A DNA stretch of 64,000 nucleotides from Limisphaerales bacterium. GTDB lineage: Bacteria > Verrucomicrobiota > Verrucomicrobiia > Limisphaerales > UBA1412. Each line of letters starts with the position of its first letter. The first letter of the stretch is position 1. This document shows positions 7,585-17,844 of the stretch, piece after piece. The notes beneath the pieces were generated by a model. It saw nothing but the letters and a program-made list of their open reading frames with translations. It searched no databases and was not told the origin of the DNA. Where the stretch lies: NCBI GenBank assembly GCA_050949405.1, contig JBMNFQ010000001.1:985160-1049159 (forward strand). The letters are read 5' to 3'. A program made the position numbers and the translations under genes.

Positions 7585-8940
7585 GTGAGTGCAAAAAGCA
7601 AAAATAAAAGCCTGGTATTCAAAAAGAGCGTCATCGAAGCCATTCCCTATGCGGTGGCTATTCTTTGCGTTATTGTCGGCTTTTTCATTCTGGGGCATCA
7701 GGCCAGCGACAAAGAAGGCGTGTTGTTCTGGGAAATTGAATCGTTCTTCACTCAGTATCAGTTGTGGGTGCTCTCCTGTCTGTTCGGTCATGCCGGCTCG
7801 GAGAGCCTTCTGGTCCGGCTCCCAGATTGGGGGAGTGTTCTGTTCCTGGTAACGCTGGTCTTTTCGGGGACCTTTCTTTCCTGGTATAGCTCGGCTTCAC
7901 GGATACTTATTTTTGGTCTTTCATCTTTGGTTTTTTTGGGACTCATCGAGCTGCTGCTTTTGGTGACGGTGGGACTTGATGTTCCACTGGTTGTTCCTGT
8001 GGGTTGCGCGACTTTGGCCTCGGTGGTCTGTATTTTTTTGCGCTGGAGCCGCGAGCAGGTACTTCAAGGCGAAGTGGCTGAGGAGCGCGACCGGCTGGGG
8101 CGAATTTTCGAGAGGATGCTCTCGCCTAAGGTGGCGCGCCAGATACTGCGCTGCGCCCAGGCTGGCAAACTCGAGACCGAGGGGAGCCGGAGCGTGGTCA
8201 CGGTTCTTTTTGCCGATATTCGCGGCTTTACCGACCTGATGAACTACGAGCATGAACAGGCCGAGAGCCACATCCGCCGGCATGGTCTGCGCGGAGCGGA
8301 AGCCGAGGAATACCGCGACCTGCACGGCGCACGACTTCTCAAAACGATTAATATCTACCTCTCACTCATGACCGATGTCATTATGAACCATGGAGGGACG
8401 CTCGATAAATATATTGGGGATTGCGTCATGGCCTTCTGGGGTGAGCCGACCCCGAACATGCGCCATGCGCTGGCGGGGGTACAGGCAGCCGTGGCGATGC
8501 AGGAGGCGATCTTCCTCCTGAACCGTGAGCGGCAAATCGAAAACCAGAAGATAGCCGCCTTCAATGCGGAGGCGATGAGCCGCGATGAGCCGCAGAAAGA
8601 TTTCCTGCCGCTGCTCTCGGTCGGCATCGGGGTGAATACGGGTGAGGCGATCGTCGGTTTTATCGGCTCCAAGAGCGCATTGGCCTATACGGTGGTGGGG
8701 CGTGAGGTGAACCTGGCCAGTCGGCTCGAGCGCCGCGCCGAGGTGGGGAAAATTTTGATTGGCCAACAGACCTATGAGCAGCTCCGCAAAGATGAACCGA
8801 GGCTGGCAGAGAGCTGTACCACTGTTGAGCCGATCCGGATAAAAGGCTTTCAAGAAATGGTGAGCTATTATGACGTGAACTGGAAATCGCGAGAAATGGC
8901 GATTGAAGAGTGGGGCTGGAACTGGGTGATTGGTAACTAG
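7585..8940 (+). CDS. Membrane-bound class III adenylate/guanylate cyclase
   Basis: Several N-terminal TM segments; VTVLFADIRGFT, DKYIGDCVMAFWG, GIGVNTG, NLASRLE. Confidence 0.92.
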   Translation: MSAKSKNKSLVFKKSVIEAIPYAVAILCVIVGFFILGHQASDKEGVLFWEIESFFTQYQLWVLSCLFGHAGSESLLVRLPDWGSVLFLVTLVFSGTFLSWYSSASRILIFGLSSLVFLGLIELLLLVTVGLDVPLVVPVGCATLASVVCIFLRWSREQVLQGEVAEERDRLGRIFERMLSPKVARQILRCAQAGKLETEGSRSVVTVLFADIRGFTDLMNYEHEQAESHIRRHGLRGAEAEEYRDLHGARLLKTINIYLSLMTDVIMNHGGTLDKYIGDCVMAFWGEPTPNMRHALAGVQAAVAMQEAIFLLNRERQIENQKIAAFNAEAMSRDEPQKDFLPLLSVGIGVNTGEAIVGFIGSKSALAYTVVGREVNLASRLERRAEVGKILIGQQTYEQLRKDEPRLAESCTTVEPIRIKGFQEMVSYYDVNWKSREMAIEEWGWNWVIGN

Positions 8941-8942
8941 CG

Positions 8943-9746
8943 ATGGATGCGTTTTTATATATTCCCAGGCTGCTCAAGCCGATTCTCTCAACGTGCGGGT
9001 TTCTCTGGTTTCTTTTGATTCTGGTCGGCGTCTACCTGCTTTCCTCCAAAAAAAACCGCAAACTGGGTTTCTTCTGCCTCTCACTGTCTCTTTTCATGAC
9101 CCTGACCGGCGCTTACCCGCTGCCAGCCATCCTCCTGGGGTCGCTGGAAAAACCGTATCAGAATGTCCGACTGGAGGAGCTGCCCCGTTGCGATGTCGTC
9201 CTGCTACTGGGCGGCGGCCAATCGTACTCGGAGCATCTGCCTTTCCATGTCGAGCTCAATGAGGCCGGCGACCGCGTAATCGGCGCCTTTGAAGCGATGC
9301 GCCAGCAAAAGGCCGATACGCTGGTGACCAGCAGCGGCTACTTCCACAGGAACGGGGAAAAGATCGCCCACAGCTACTCGCTGACGAACTGGATTGCGGG
9401 GTGGAATCTTTTTGAAGAGCAGGTGATCTCCCTTGGACCCCGCAAGAATACCTGGGACGAGGCGATTACTTTCAAAAAATTGGCGCAAGAACATGGCTGG
9501 CAAAAAATCATGCTGGTGACTTCAGCCTTCCACATGCGCCGCTCGGTGGTCACTTTCGAGAAAATGGGCTTTGAGGTGGTGCCTTATCCGGTCGATTTTT
9601 ACGTGGTCGGGATTCCGGAGTTGAGACACCAGAGGTCTTTCGTGCCGGATACTGAGCGGTTTCAATTTTTCGATATCTGGTTCAAAGAATATACGGGCTA
9701 CTGGCTCTACAAGCTGGGAAGTCTCTGGGAAAGGAAAAATGAATAA
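8943..9746 (+). CDS. YdcF/DUF218 (ElyC/SanA-like) membrane protein
   Basis: LLLGGG, NTWDEA, LVTSAFHMRRS and VVPYPVDF motifs; N-terminal TM helices. Confidence 0.9.
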   Translation: MDAFLYIPRLLKPILSTCGFLWFLLILVGVYLLSSKKNRKLGFFCLSLSLFMTLTGAYPLPAILLGSLEKPYQNVRLEELPRCDVVLLLGGGQSYSEHLPFHVELNEAGDRVIGAFEAMRQQKADTLVTSSGYFHRNGEKIAHSYSLTNWIAGWNLFEEQVISLGPRKNTWDEAITFKKLAQEHGWQKIMLVTSAFHMRRSVVTFEKMGFEVVPYPVDFYVVGIPELRHQRSFVPDTERFQFFDIWFKEYTGYWLYKLGSLWERKNE

Positions 9747-10641
9747 GGATGATTTGAGGAGGCTCCGCGCTGTGGAAGACCACAGCAGGAGCTTCAAAAA
9801 CCTCAACTACGTTTACCCGGTTATCGCGCGCCGCTCGGGCGGGCTTTCCCTGGGGGTGAACCTCAATACGAACCGCGCCTGCACGTTCGATTGCGTCTAT
9901 TGCGAGGTGGACCGCTCGGCGCCTTTGCCTCCGGCGGCTCAGAAGGCGAAGGTCGATATACCCCTTCTCAAGGAGGAGCTGGGTTGGCTTTTGGGGCAGG
10001 TCCGGAGCGGCGAGCTTGGCAAAGAGGAGCGGTTTGCCGCCGCGGCGGAAGTGGCAAGAGAGGTGCGTGACATCTCTTTCAGCGGGGATGGGGAGCCGAC
10101 GCTTTGTCCGGATTTCCTTGAGGCGGTCCGGGCAGTGGGGGAGGTGCTCGGGGACTTTGGCCTTCTGGAGAGCTGCAAAGTGGTCCTGATCACCAATGCC
10201 AGCCGGCTGCATCTGCCGGAGGTTTATGGGGCGCTGGATGAGCTGATGCAGTTTCCCCTGGGGGAAATTTGGGCCAAGCTAGATGCCGGTACACCGGAGT
10301 ACTACCGGCAGATCAACCGCTCCGGGGTCTCTTTTGAGCAAATTCTCTCGAATCTCGATTTCATCTCCAGACGTTTCGCGGTCTATATTCAGAGCATGTT
10401 CCTGAAGTTGAACGGGCAGATGCTCAGCCAGGAGGAGCTGGCGGCCTACTGCGACCGGTTGAGGACGCTCTTGAACTCCGGCGGCAGGCTGCTGGGCGTT
10501 CAGGCCTATACGCTGGCCCGGCCTGCCTGCGCTCCCGGCCTGGGCTCGCTCAAACTGAGCGCTCTCTCCCAAGCGGAGCTGGAAGGACTGGCCGCCCATA
10601 TCCAGAGCGCCACCGGCCTCAATGTGGAGTGCTATGCGTAA
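9739..10641 (+). CDS. Radical SAM Fe-S oxidoreductase
   Basis: CTFDCVYC (CxxxCxxC), SGDGEPT, LITNAS, KLDAG. Confidence 0.9.
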   Translation: MNKDDLRRLRAVEDHSRSFKNLNYVYPVIARRSGGLSLGVNLNTNRACTFDCVYCEVDRSAPLPPAAQKAKVDIPLLKEELGWLLGQVRSGELGKEERFAAAAEVAREVRDISFSGDGEPTLCPDFLEAVRAVGEVLGDFGLLESCKVVLITNASRLHLPEVYGALDELMQFPLGEIWAKLDAGTPEYYRQINRSGVSFEQILSNLDFISRRFAVYIQSMFLKLNGQMLSQEELAAYCDRLRTLLNSGGRLLGVQAYTLARPACAPGLGSLKLSALSQAELEGLAAHIQSATGLNVECYA

Positions 10642-10724
10642 AAACCGCGCTTTTTTATTTTCCCTTCCGGGCATTCTAAAGAGATTGCTCCGGTGGTGGG
10701 TTTATGGTAATCTGCCCCTGAGTT

Positions 10725-12131
10725 ATGGCTGAAAAAAAGGTTAGCGATCTTCTGCCCTTTTGGAGAGACCAGTACCAAAAAGGACGTGTAGCGTTGGACA
10801 GGAAAAACTACGACTACGCGATGATGCTCTTTTGCCAGTTGCTGGACCAGGAACCCGGTTGCCTGGATTGCAGAGAGGCGCTGCGTATAACCCAGTTCCG
10901 CAAAGCGGAGGAGGGTGGACAGAGAAGCTTCTTCAAAAAAGCTTTTGGCATGACCGGTGACCTGGCTCACTTGAGCAAGGCGCGGATGCTCCTCAAGAGC
11001 AATCCGGCGGAGGCAATGTCGGCCATTGAGCAGGTCTTGAACAAAGACCCGCAAAACGTTTCGGCCCATCATCTGATGGCGGATGCCGCCCTGGCAGCCG
11101 GTTTTATCCGGACCGCGTTGATCTCTCTGGAGCTTCTCTTTAACAAACTGGGGCAGAGAGATATGGCGATGGCTCGCAAGCTGGCGGATACTTTTGTAAA
11201 GGCTGGCCAGCCTGGCAAAGCCGAAGGTATTTACTCGCAGTTGGTCGATGAAAACCCCGATAATCTGGAGCTGGCCCAGGCATTGAAAGATGTCTCCGCC
11301 AGCCGGACCATGAAAGAGGGGGGATACGAAAGCGCCGCTGCAGAGGGGAGCTCCTTCCGTGCAGCCTTGAAAAGCGAGGAGGAATCCCGACGGCTGGAGC
11401 AGGAGGCGCGCCTGGTGCAGACTTCGGATTCTTCAGAGGAAATCATCAAGAATCTGGAGGCCAAGGTCGAGGAGGAGCCCAACAGCCTGCGCTGGTGGCG
11501 CGCCCTGGCGGACCAGTATATGCGCGTCAAGGAGTACGAAAAGGCGCTCCATGCCTATGAAACCTTGAAAGCGCTCTTCTCGGGGACGGACCCCCAGCTC
11601 TCCATGAACATTTTGCGGGTGAAGCTGCGTATGATTGATTCAGAGCTGGCAACCCTGGACCCCGAAGACCCCGATTTGGCCGAAAAGACAGCCGCGCTCA
11701 AAAAACAACAGGCCGAGCTGGAACTGGCTGAAATGGAAAGCCTTTCAGAGGCTAACCCAACCGATATGATCGTTCTCTTTGACCTGGCGGCCCTTTACTT
11801 CAAGGAGGGAAAACTGGGCAAAGCGATTCAGGCACTACAAAAAACTCAAAACTACCCGGGCAAGAAGACCGCAAGTCTTCTTCTTCTGGGGCAATGCTTT
11901 GCACAGCGCAAGATGTATGATCTGGCAGTCCGTGCCTACAGCAACGCCCTGCAAGATAAAAGATCGATGGACGAGGAGAAGAAAGAGCTGCTCTATCTGC
12001 TGGGACTGACCTATGAAATGATGGGCAAAAAGGAGGATGCCATCGAGCACTTCAAGCTTATCTATGAGGTCGACATCGGCTACCGTGACGTGGCTGAACA
12101 TGTGGATGCCTATTATAACGAAAATGAATAA
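10725..12131 (+). CDS. Tetratricopeptide repeat protein
   Basis: All-helical with multiple TPR-like repeats (e.g. LYLLGLTYEMMGKKEDAIEHFKLIY). Confidence 0.85.
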   Translation: MAEKKVSDLLPFWRDQYQKGRVALDRKNYDYAMMLFCQLLDQEPGCLDCREALRITQFRKAEEGGQRSFFKKAFGMTGDLAHLSKARMLLKSNPAEAMSAIEQVLNKDPQNVSAHHLMADAALAAGFIRTALISLELLFNKLGQRDMAMARKLADTFVKAGQPGKAEGIYSQLVDENPDNLELAQALKDVSASRTMKEGGYESAAAEGSSFRAALKSEEESRRLEQEARLVQTSDSSEEIIKNLEAKVEEEPNSLRWWRALADQYMRVKEYEKALHAYETLKALFSGTDPQLSMNILRVKLRMIDSELATLDPEDPDLAEKTAALKKQQAELELAEMESLSEANPTDMIVLFDLAALYFKEGKLGKAIQALQKTQNYPGKKTASLLLLGQCFAQRKMYDLAVRAYSNALQDKRSMDEEKKELLYLLGLTYEMMGKKEDAIEHFKLIYEVDIGYRDVAEHVDAYYNENE

Positions 12132-12185
12132 TTACAATTCTGCTTTTTAATCTACTTTTTAATTCCAAAAATCGAAAACTGAAAA

Positions 12186-12668
12186 ATGGACGATATCCTG
12201 AATATATTGCGTAAAAACGCGGCTATGCCGGTTGAAAAAATCGCCTTATTGGTCAACCAGACTTCCGATGAGGTCGAAGAAAAGATCAAAGGCTGGGAAT
12301 CAGACGGCACCATTCTGGGCTATACCACGGTGATAAACACCGATAAACTGGAAGATGAATCTCTGGTCATGGCCATGATCGAGGTCAAAATCACGCCCGA
12401 GCGTGAAGGCGGCTTCGATAAGATCGCCCGGAGAATCGCCCGCTTTTCTGAAGTCAAATCCTGCTACCTGATGTCGGGAGGGTTTGACCTTCTGGTCATG
12501 GTGGAAGGGGAGGATTTGCGCCAGGTGGCCGGGTTCATCTCGGAGCGGCTGGCCACTATCCAGGGGGTTGTCTCCACCGCCACGCATTTCATCCTCAAAC
12601 CGTACAAGCAACAGGGGGTGACCTATGTGGAAGAGCCCAAGCCCGAACGGTTGAAGGTGACTCCCTAA
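12186..12668 (+). CDS. Lrp/AsnC family transcriptional regulator
   Basis: N-terminal HTH, GTILGY, CYLMSGGFDLLV RAM domain. Confidence 0.92.
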   Translation: MDDILNILRKNAAMPVEKIALLVNQTSDEVEEKIKGWESDGTILGYTTVINTDKLEDESLVMAMIEVKITPEREGGFDKIARRIARFSEVKSCYLMSGGFDLLVMVEGEDLRQVAGFISERLATIQGVVSTATHFILKPYKQQGVTYVEEPKPERLKVTP

Positions 12669-12760
12669 GGGGAGTGCCGTACTAAAACAACCGCCCCTGT
12701 TACAGAGAGTTGGAGAGATAAGAATAGAGCCGCAAACTCGCTAAAGCTGATTCGTTTTCT

Positions 12761-13729
12761 ATGGTTCAACAGCTTTTTTATCACGAGAGCCGCTCGCTGT
12801 CTCCCTATTATAACCTGGCTCTGGAGGAGTTGCTACGCTCGGAGCTCCTTCCGGCAGAGGCCGTTCTATACCTCTGGCGCAATGAGCATACGGTCGTCAT
12901 CGGCAAGCATCAGAGCGCCCGCCATGAGTGTGATCTGGAGGCGCTTGAGGCTGACGGCGTGAGCCTGGCCCGCAGGAAGACCGGCGGCGGCGCCGTCTTT
13001 CACGATGCGGGCAACCTCAATTTTACCTTTTTGAATCGCAGGGAGGATTATGACCCCGGGCGTAACTTTGAAATACTTCTCGAGGCTTTGAAAGCGGTTG
13101 GCGTTCCGGCTGTTTTAAGCGGTCGCAATGACCTGACGGCCGAAGGGCTGAAGTTCTCGGGTAACGCCTTCTTTAAGAGCGCTTTCGTGGCCTATCACCA
13201 TGGCACCCTGATGGTAGAGGTGAGCATGGAGAGGCTTTCGCGTTACCTGCGGGTAAGTCCGCTGAAGCTCCGTGCCAAGGGGGTCAGGTCCGTACAGTCG
13301 CGAGTGGTGAACCTGCGCCAGCTCTGCCCCGTTCTCACGCTGGAAGCGCTTGGGAAGAGCTTGCAGAGCGCTTTTGCCGCCTCCTATTCTCTGCCGCTGC
13401 AGCCCGGACCACGCCTGAACGAAACCCGAATAGCGGAAATAGAGAAAACCTTCGCATCTCGGGAGTGGATTCTGGGCAAGGCGGGAGGGTTTGACGCCGC
13501 ATCGGCAAAAGTGGAGGAGCGCTTTGACTGGGGCTCTCTTCTGCTTGTCAGGGAGGGAGACTCCGGGAAGCCGAACCTCTACAGCGATGCGCTTGATACG
13601 GAGGTGGTTGAGTATCTTCGAGCGGAGCTGCCGCGCGTTTATCCTGGCCCGATTCCTCTGCCTGCTTCATTTAGCCCTTTTCAGAAAAAGATGGTGGAAG
13701 ATGTAAACGAGATTTTAAAAAGATTCTAA
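12761..13729 (+). CDS. lplA: Lipoate-protein ligase A
   Basis: YNLALEE, RRKTGGGAVFHD, GRND, KFSGNA, HHGTL. Confidence 0.92.
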   Translation: MVQQLFYHESRSLSPYYNLALEELLRSELLPAEAVLYLWRNEHTVVIGKHQSARHECDLEALEADGVSLARRKTGGGAVFHDAGNLNFTFLNRREDYDPGRNFEILLEALKAVGVPAVLSGRNDLTAEGLKFSGNAFFKSAFVAYHHGTLMVEVSMERLSRYLRVSPLKLRAKGVRSVQSRVVNLRQLCPVLTLEALGKSLQSAFAASYSLPLQPGPRLNETRIAEIEKTFASREWILGKAGGFDAASAKVEERFDWGSLLLVREGDSGKPNLYSDALDTEVVEYLRAELPRVYPGPIPLPASFSPFQKKMVEDVNEILKRF

Positions 13730-13784
13730 AAAGTTTTTTCGGTTAAGAAGAGAAGAGCGGATGTTTTGTCTGTTCTTTTTTTAT

Positions 13785-13811
13785 AAAAAAAAGCCTCCCC
13801 GAAGGGAGGCT
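13785..13811 (-). terminator. Rho-independent terminator of the porin gene
   Basis: Minus strand AGCCTCCC-TTCG-GGGAGGCT followed by a T-tract (UUCG tetraloop). Confidence 0.85.
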
Positions 13812-13843
13812 CGTCTTTAATCAGGCTATTGATTTGATTAAGT

Positions 13844-15100
13844 TTAGAATACGTAAATGATATTGCCCGTGATGCCGAAGGCATTCTTGCGGTCCCAATC
13901 ATCCACCATGGCTTTACCGCCACTGAGGTCATGATCCCAGCGGAATTCTGCGCGGGTGATCACGTTTTCCCACAGCTTGTAGCTGACGGTGAAGGTATTA
14001 GAGAGATACTCATCATCTCTATCGGAGGCTGCTTTGACAGAGGGCACTATTCCAGGAGGGATCAAACCACCGACGAGACCGATGGCATCATCGAGGTAGT
14101 AGCCCCAAGAACCGTTTACGCCATTGGCGTACTCAACACGGTTGGCGAGGGTCAGCTTATCGGTGACATCATAGGCCAGATATGCGGCAAAGGCGTTGGC
14201 CCACGCACTGCGGGTGACCATTACACCAGCGTCATCAGTGCGTTCGCTCTGACCACGGTAGTCATAGGAGAAACCAAAACGCAGACCGGTGACCGGCAGC
14301 GGCATCGTGATGCCTGCATAGTAGTTGACAACGTTGGCAGTATCCCAGCCGGAGGTTGTTCCGGAAGAGACCCAACCATTATCAATACCACTGACAACAC
14401 CGAAATAAACCTCGGTACCTTCCATGAAACCGGTGGATTCAGGGAAGATCAGGTTGACGGCGCCCATATAGGTGAGACGACCGGAATTGGAACCGCGGTC
14501 GTAGATCGCCCAACCGTCATAGGTGTTTGCAACACCGCCACGGACGCCCAGGATCCAATCGTTCAGATCGAAGCTGTAGCTCGCCAGGACACCGGTGTGC
14601 TGACGGGGCTGAATCGCAAAACCATAAGAACGGGAGAAGTTCGGATTCAGGTAGCTGTCAGAGCTCTCGTAACCGACGACGGATTCAAATACACCAGCGC
14701 GGAAATCAAGGCCGTTGCCCAGGGGAGCGCGCAGATCTACATAGGCGTTCTGCAGGACAAAGTCGACGGTGGTTTGGCTGAACATATTCGCATCATCGCC
14801 GAAAAGCAGGTCTGCCTGATAACCGGCGGCCCATACGGAAGCATCTTCTTCCAGGGCTTTTCCGACACCGACTTTCACGGCATTCAGGTTAAAACCGTTC
14901 TGCCTGTTCCAAGCGTCATTCGACCTGCCAATGCTGGTTTTCTTGTCACCAAACTGCCAATTCATGGAGGTATCCACATAACCGCTAATGGTCGTACCAG
15001 AAACGGCTGTTAAGACCTGGTTGTCGGCTTCTTCTGCCGATGCAACGGCGGCCATACTAACGATCCCGGCTGCAGCCAGGGCTAATGTCCATTTATTCAT
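13844..15100 (-). CDS. Outer-membrane beta-barrel porin (BBP2/DUF1597-like)
   Basis: Signal peptide, TISGYVDTS, alternating beta strands, C-terminal aromatic (IIYVF). Confidence 0.85.
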   Translation of the reverse strand: MNKWTLALAAAGIVSMAAVASAEEADNQVLTAVSGTTISGYVDTSMNWQFGDKKTSIGRSNDAWNRQNGFNLNAVKVGVGKALEEDASVWAAGYQADLLFGDDANMFSQTTVDFVLQNAYVDLRAPLGNGLDFRAGVFESVVGYESSDSYLNPNFSRSYGFAIQPRQHTGVLASYSFDLNDWILGVRGGVANTYDGWAIYDRGSNSGRLTYMGAVNLIFPESTGFMEGTEVYFGVVSGIDNGWVSSGTTSGWDTANVVNYYAGITMPLPVTGLRFGFSYDYRGQSERTDDAGVMVTRSAWANAFAAYLAYDVTDKLTLANRVEYANGVNGSWGYYLDDAIGLVGGLIPPGIVPSVKAASDRDDEYLSNTFTVSYKLWENVITRAEFRWDHDLSGGKAMVDDWDRKNAFGITGNIIYVF

Positions 15101-15526
15101 AATAAATAATATAAGTTATCGTTACTGAGAGGTGCTTCAGGTTTCTTGTGACAACACAAATCAAGCCTGCACGAAAGAAGCCGCTGCACGCTCCGCCAAA
15201 TAGCAACGCCATTTTATGGCTTTTAGTCAGACATGGCAACTATTTTTTTCACTTTCTTAACATCTTTTTTTATAGGTGATTATAAAGTTCCTTTCTTTCA
15301 TGCAAGAAACACTCCAAGAGCCAATCTTTAAAAAACATCCATAAAGAGTAATATTATTTCATAATCCGTTCTGTGTCAGTAGGTAATGATAAATCGTCAT
15401 ACTTTGGGCGACCGGATATAAAAGCGCGGAATTCAGGTTTTTATGCTTGCCTTATCAAGAAGCTGATAAATAATTTTGCATGTGCCGGCTTTGCAGGGAT
15501 GGATCCGCAGCAGCCGGCAGCGATTT

Positions 15527-16855
15527 ATGGCTAGCAATACCGTTTTTAATCCGATCAGTGCTCCGGATTACCTTCCTCCAGAGCGACTTAAAGAGCTTCA
15601 GGCCGCGCGGCTCCGCCAGCGTGTGAGCGAAGCTTATGAGAAAGTTCCGTTTTTTCGCGCTAAAATGGAGGCGCTCAATGTGGTTCCCGGCGATATCCAA
15701 AAAATTGAAGATATTGCCAAACTTCCCTTTTCGGTTAAAAAAGATTTGCGCGATACCTATCCGTTTGGGCTCTTTGCCGAGCCGATGAACAAGGTGGTGC
15801 GGGTCCATGCTTCCAGCGGTACGACCGGTAAACCAATCGTGGTCGGCTACAATCAGCGCGACGTGGATGTCTGGAAAGAGGTGGTCGTCCGCGGTCTGGT
15901 CTCTGCCGGCATTGGTGCGGATGACGTGGTGCAGGTCTCCTATGGCTACGGGCTTTTTACCGGCGGGCTTGGTCTGCATTATGGTGCCGAGGCGCTGGGG
16001 GCGACGGTGGTTCCGGCTTCCGGCGGTAATACTCACCGGCAGGTCATGTTGATGAAAGATTTTGGCGTAACGGTTATCTGCTGCACTCCGAGCTATTTCA
16101 TTCACCTGATCGACAGGGCCGAGGCGATGGGGATCGATATGAAGGCGCTTGCCCTCCGCTTTGGTATTTTCGGGGCCGAGCCCTGGACCCAGGAGATGCG
16201 GCGTTACATTGAGGCGCATACCAGTATCAAGGCGCTGGATATTTACGGGCTTTCGGAGATCGTCGGCCCGGGCGTCGCCATGGAGTGCGCGGCGCGTGAG
16301 GGCTCGCATATCTTCGAGGACCACTTCTATCCGGAGATCATCGACCCGGAGAGCGGCGAGGTCCTGCCCGATGGAGAGGAGGGGGAACTGGTTCTGACCA
16401 CTCTGAGCAAGGAGGCGATGCCGATGATGCGCTACCGGACTCGCGACATTACCTCTCTCGACCCGGGGCAGTGTTCCTGTGGGCGGACTTTGCGGCGGAT
16501 TCGGCGTATTACCAGCCGCAGCGACGACATGTTCATCATCCGCGGCGTCAACGTCTACCCCTCGCAGATCGAGACCGCCCTGTTATCGATTGAGGGGACG
16601 CTGCCGCACTACCAGATCATCCTGCGCAGAGAGAACAACCTCGACACGCTGGAAGTACAGGTGGAGATCAACGCCAACCTGGCCAGCGACACCGTGAGCG
16701 GTATCACCGCTCTGGAGAAGCGTATTGCGAAGAATCTCGAGCAAATTGTCGGAATCCATGCTATCATTAACCTGGTGCAGCCGGAGACGCTGCAACGTAG
16801 CGAGGGCAAGATACAGCGGGTGAGTGATCTTCGCAATTTAAACCCTGGTTCTTAG
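15527..16855 (+). CDS. paaK: Phenylacetate-CoA ligase
   Basis: HASSGTTGKP, YGLSE, RYRTRD, GVNVYPSQIE; ATG 15527 chosen within ORF 15476-16855. Confidence 0.92.
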   Translation: MASNTVFNPISAPDYLPPERLKELQAARLRQRVSEAYEKVPFFRAKMEALNVVPGDIQKIEDIAKLPFSVKKDLRDTYPFGLFAEPMNKVVRVHASSGTTGKPIVVGYNQRDVDVWKEVVVRGLVSAGIGADDVVQVSYGYGLFTGGLGLHYGAEALGATVVPASGGNTHRQVMLMKDFGVTVICCTPSYFIHLIDRAEAMGIDMKALALRFGIFGAEPWTQEMRRYIEAHTSIKALDIYGLSEIVGPGVAMECAAREGSHIFEDHFYPEIIDPESGEVLPDGEEGELVLTTLSKEAMPMMRYRTRDITSLDPGQCSCGRTLRRIRRITSRSDDMFIIRGVNVYPSQIETALLSIEGTLPHYQIILRRENNLDTLEVQVEINANLASDTVSGITALEKRIAKNLEQIVGIHAIINLVQPETLQRSEGKIQRVSDLRNLNPGS

Positions 16856-16893
16856 TAGTTTAAACTGTTTTTGAAACATCATCCCAACGACTT

Positions 16894-17322
16894 ATGAAGC
16901 TCAAACAACTTTCCCTCGTCATCCCCAATGAGCCCGGCGCTCTGGTAAGGGTCTGTGAGGTGCTCCAAAGGCACTCGGTCAATATATCGACACTGACATT
17001 GGCCGATACGGCTAATTTTGGCATCCTGCGGCTGATTATCCAGGAGTGGGAGGGGGCGCTTGAGGCGCTTGAGGGCGATGGACTGGTCGTCAAAGTCAGC
17101 GACGTGCTGGCGATCTCCATCCCTCATGTTCCCGGCGGGCTCCACCAGATACTGGCGCTCCTCAATGAACACCGGATCAACGTGGAGTATATGTACGGCT
17201 TTTCGCTGGCCACTCGCGAGCGCAGCGTCCAGATATTTCGGCTGAATGACACCGACCGTGCCATTGAAGTGCTCTCTCAGGCGGAGGTTTGCCTCCTGGA
17301 GCCAGGCGAGCTCTTCCTCTAG
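16894..17322 (+). CDS. Tandem ACT-domain protein
   Basis: QLSLVIPNEPGAL...INVEYMY; the usual neighbour of paaK in anaerobes. Confidence 0.9.
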   Translation: MKLKQLSLVIPNEPGALVRVCEVLQRHSVNISTLTLADTANFGILRLIIQEWEGALEALEGDGLVVKVSDVLAISIPHVPGGLHQILALLNEHRINVEYMYGFSLATRERSVQIFRLNDTDRAIEVLSQAEVCLLEPGELFL

Positions 17323-17394
17323 CGGGCAAGCCAAACCCAATTGAAGCGCCCGGTTTAGCCGATTCAGGCAGTATAAAGTGTAATAATACGCAAT

Positions 17395-17784
17395 ATGACC
17401 GAATCCAATTCTCAAGCGGAGTCCGCTCAGCCGCTCCACTACAAGGTGGCCGATGAGCGGGTAATCAGCGTCACTCAGGATGCAGCCGATAAAATATCTT
17501 CTCTGCTCACGCGGCAGAACAGGCCCGAGGGGGTCCTGCGAATCGTCGTCACCGGCGGCGGTTGCTCCGGCTTGCAGTATAAGATTGACCTGCAGGATGA
17601 GCCGGCGGCCCGTGATATTCTGGTCGAGAGCAAAGGGATAAAGGTGGTCATGGACCCCAAGAGCGTGCTCTACGTATCGGGTTCAGAGCTGGATTACGTC
17701 GATGCGCTTCAGGGTGCCGGCTTCAAGGTCAATAACCCCAACGCCACAACCACCTGCGCCTGCGGAGAAAGCTTCAGCGCATAA
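17395..17784 (+). CDS. A-type Fe-S cluster carrier (IscA/ErpA/HesB family)
   Basis: GGGCSG and CACGESF. Confidence 0.93.
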   Translation: MTESNSQAESAQPLHYKVADERVISVTQDAADKISSLLTRQNRPEGVLRIVVTGGGCSGLQYKIDLQDEPAARDILVESKGIKVVMDPKSVLYVSGSELDYVDALQGAGFKVNNPNATTTCACGESFSA

Positions 17785-17844
17785 GCTCCCCCCCGTGCAC
17801 AAGGGCACCGGTTTGGAAAGCGAGTAGTAAAGAGAGTAATTGAA

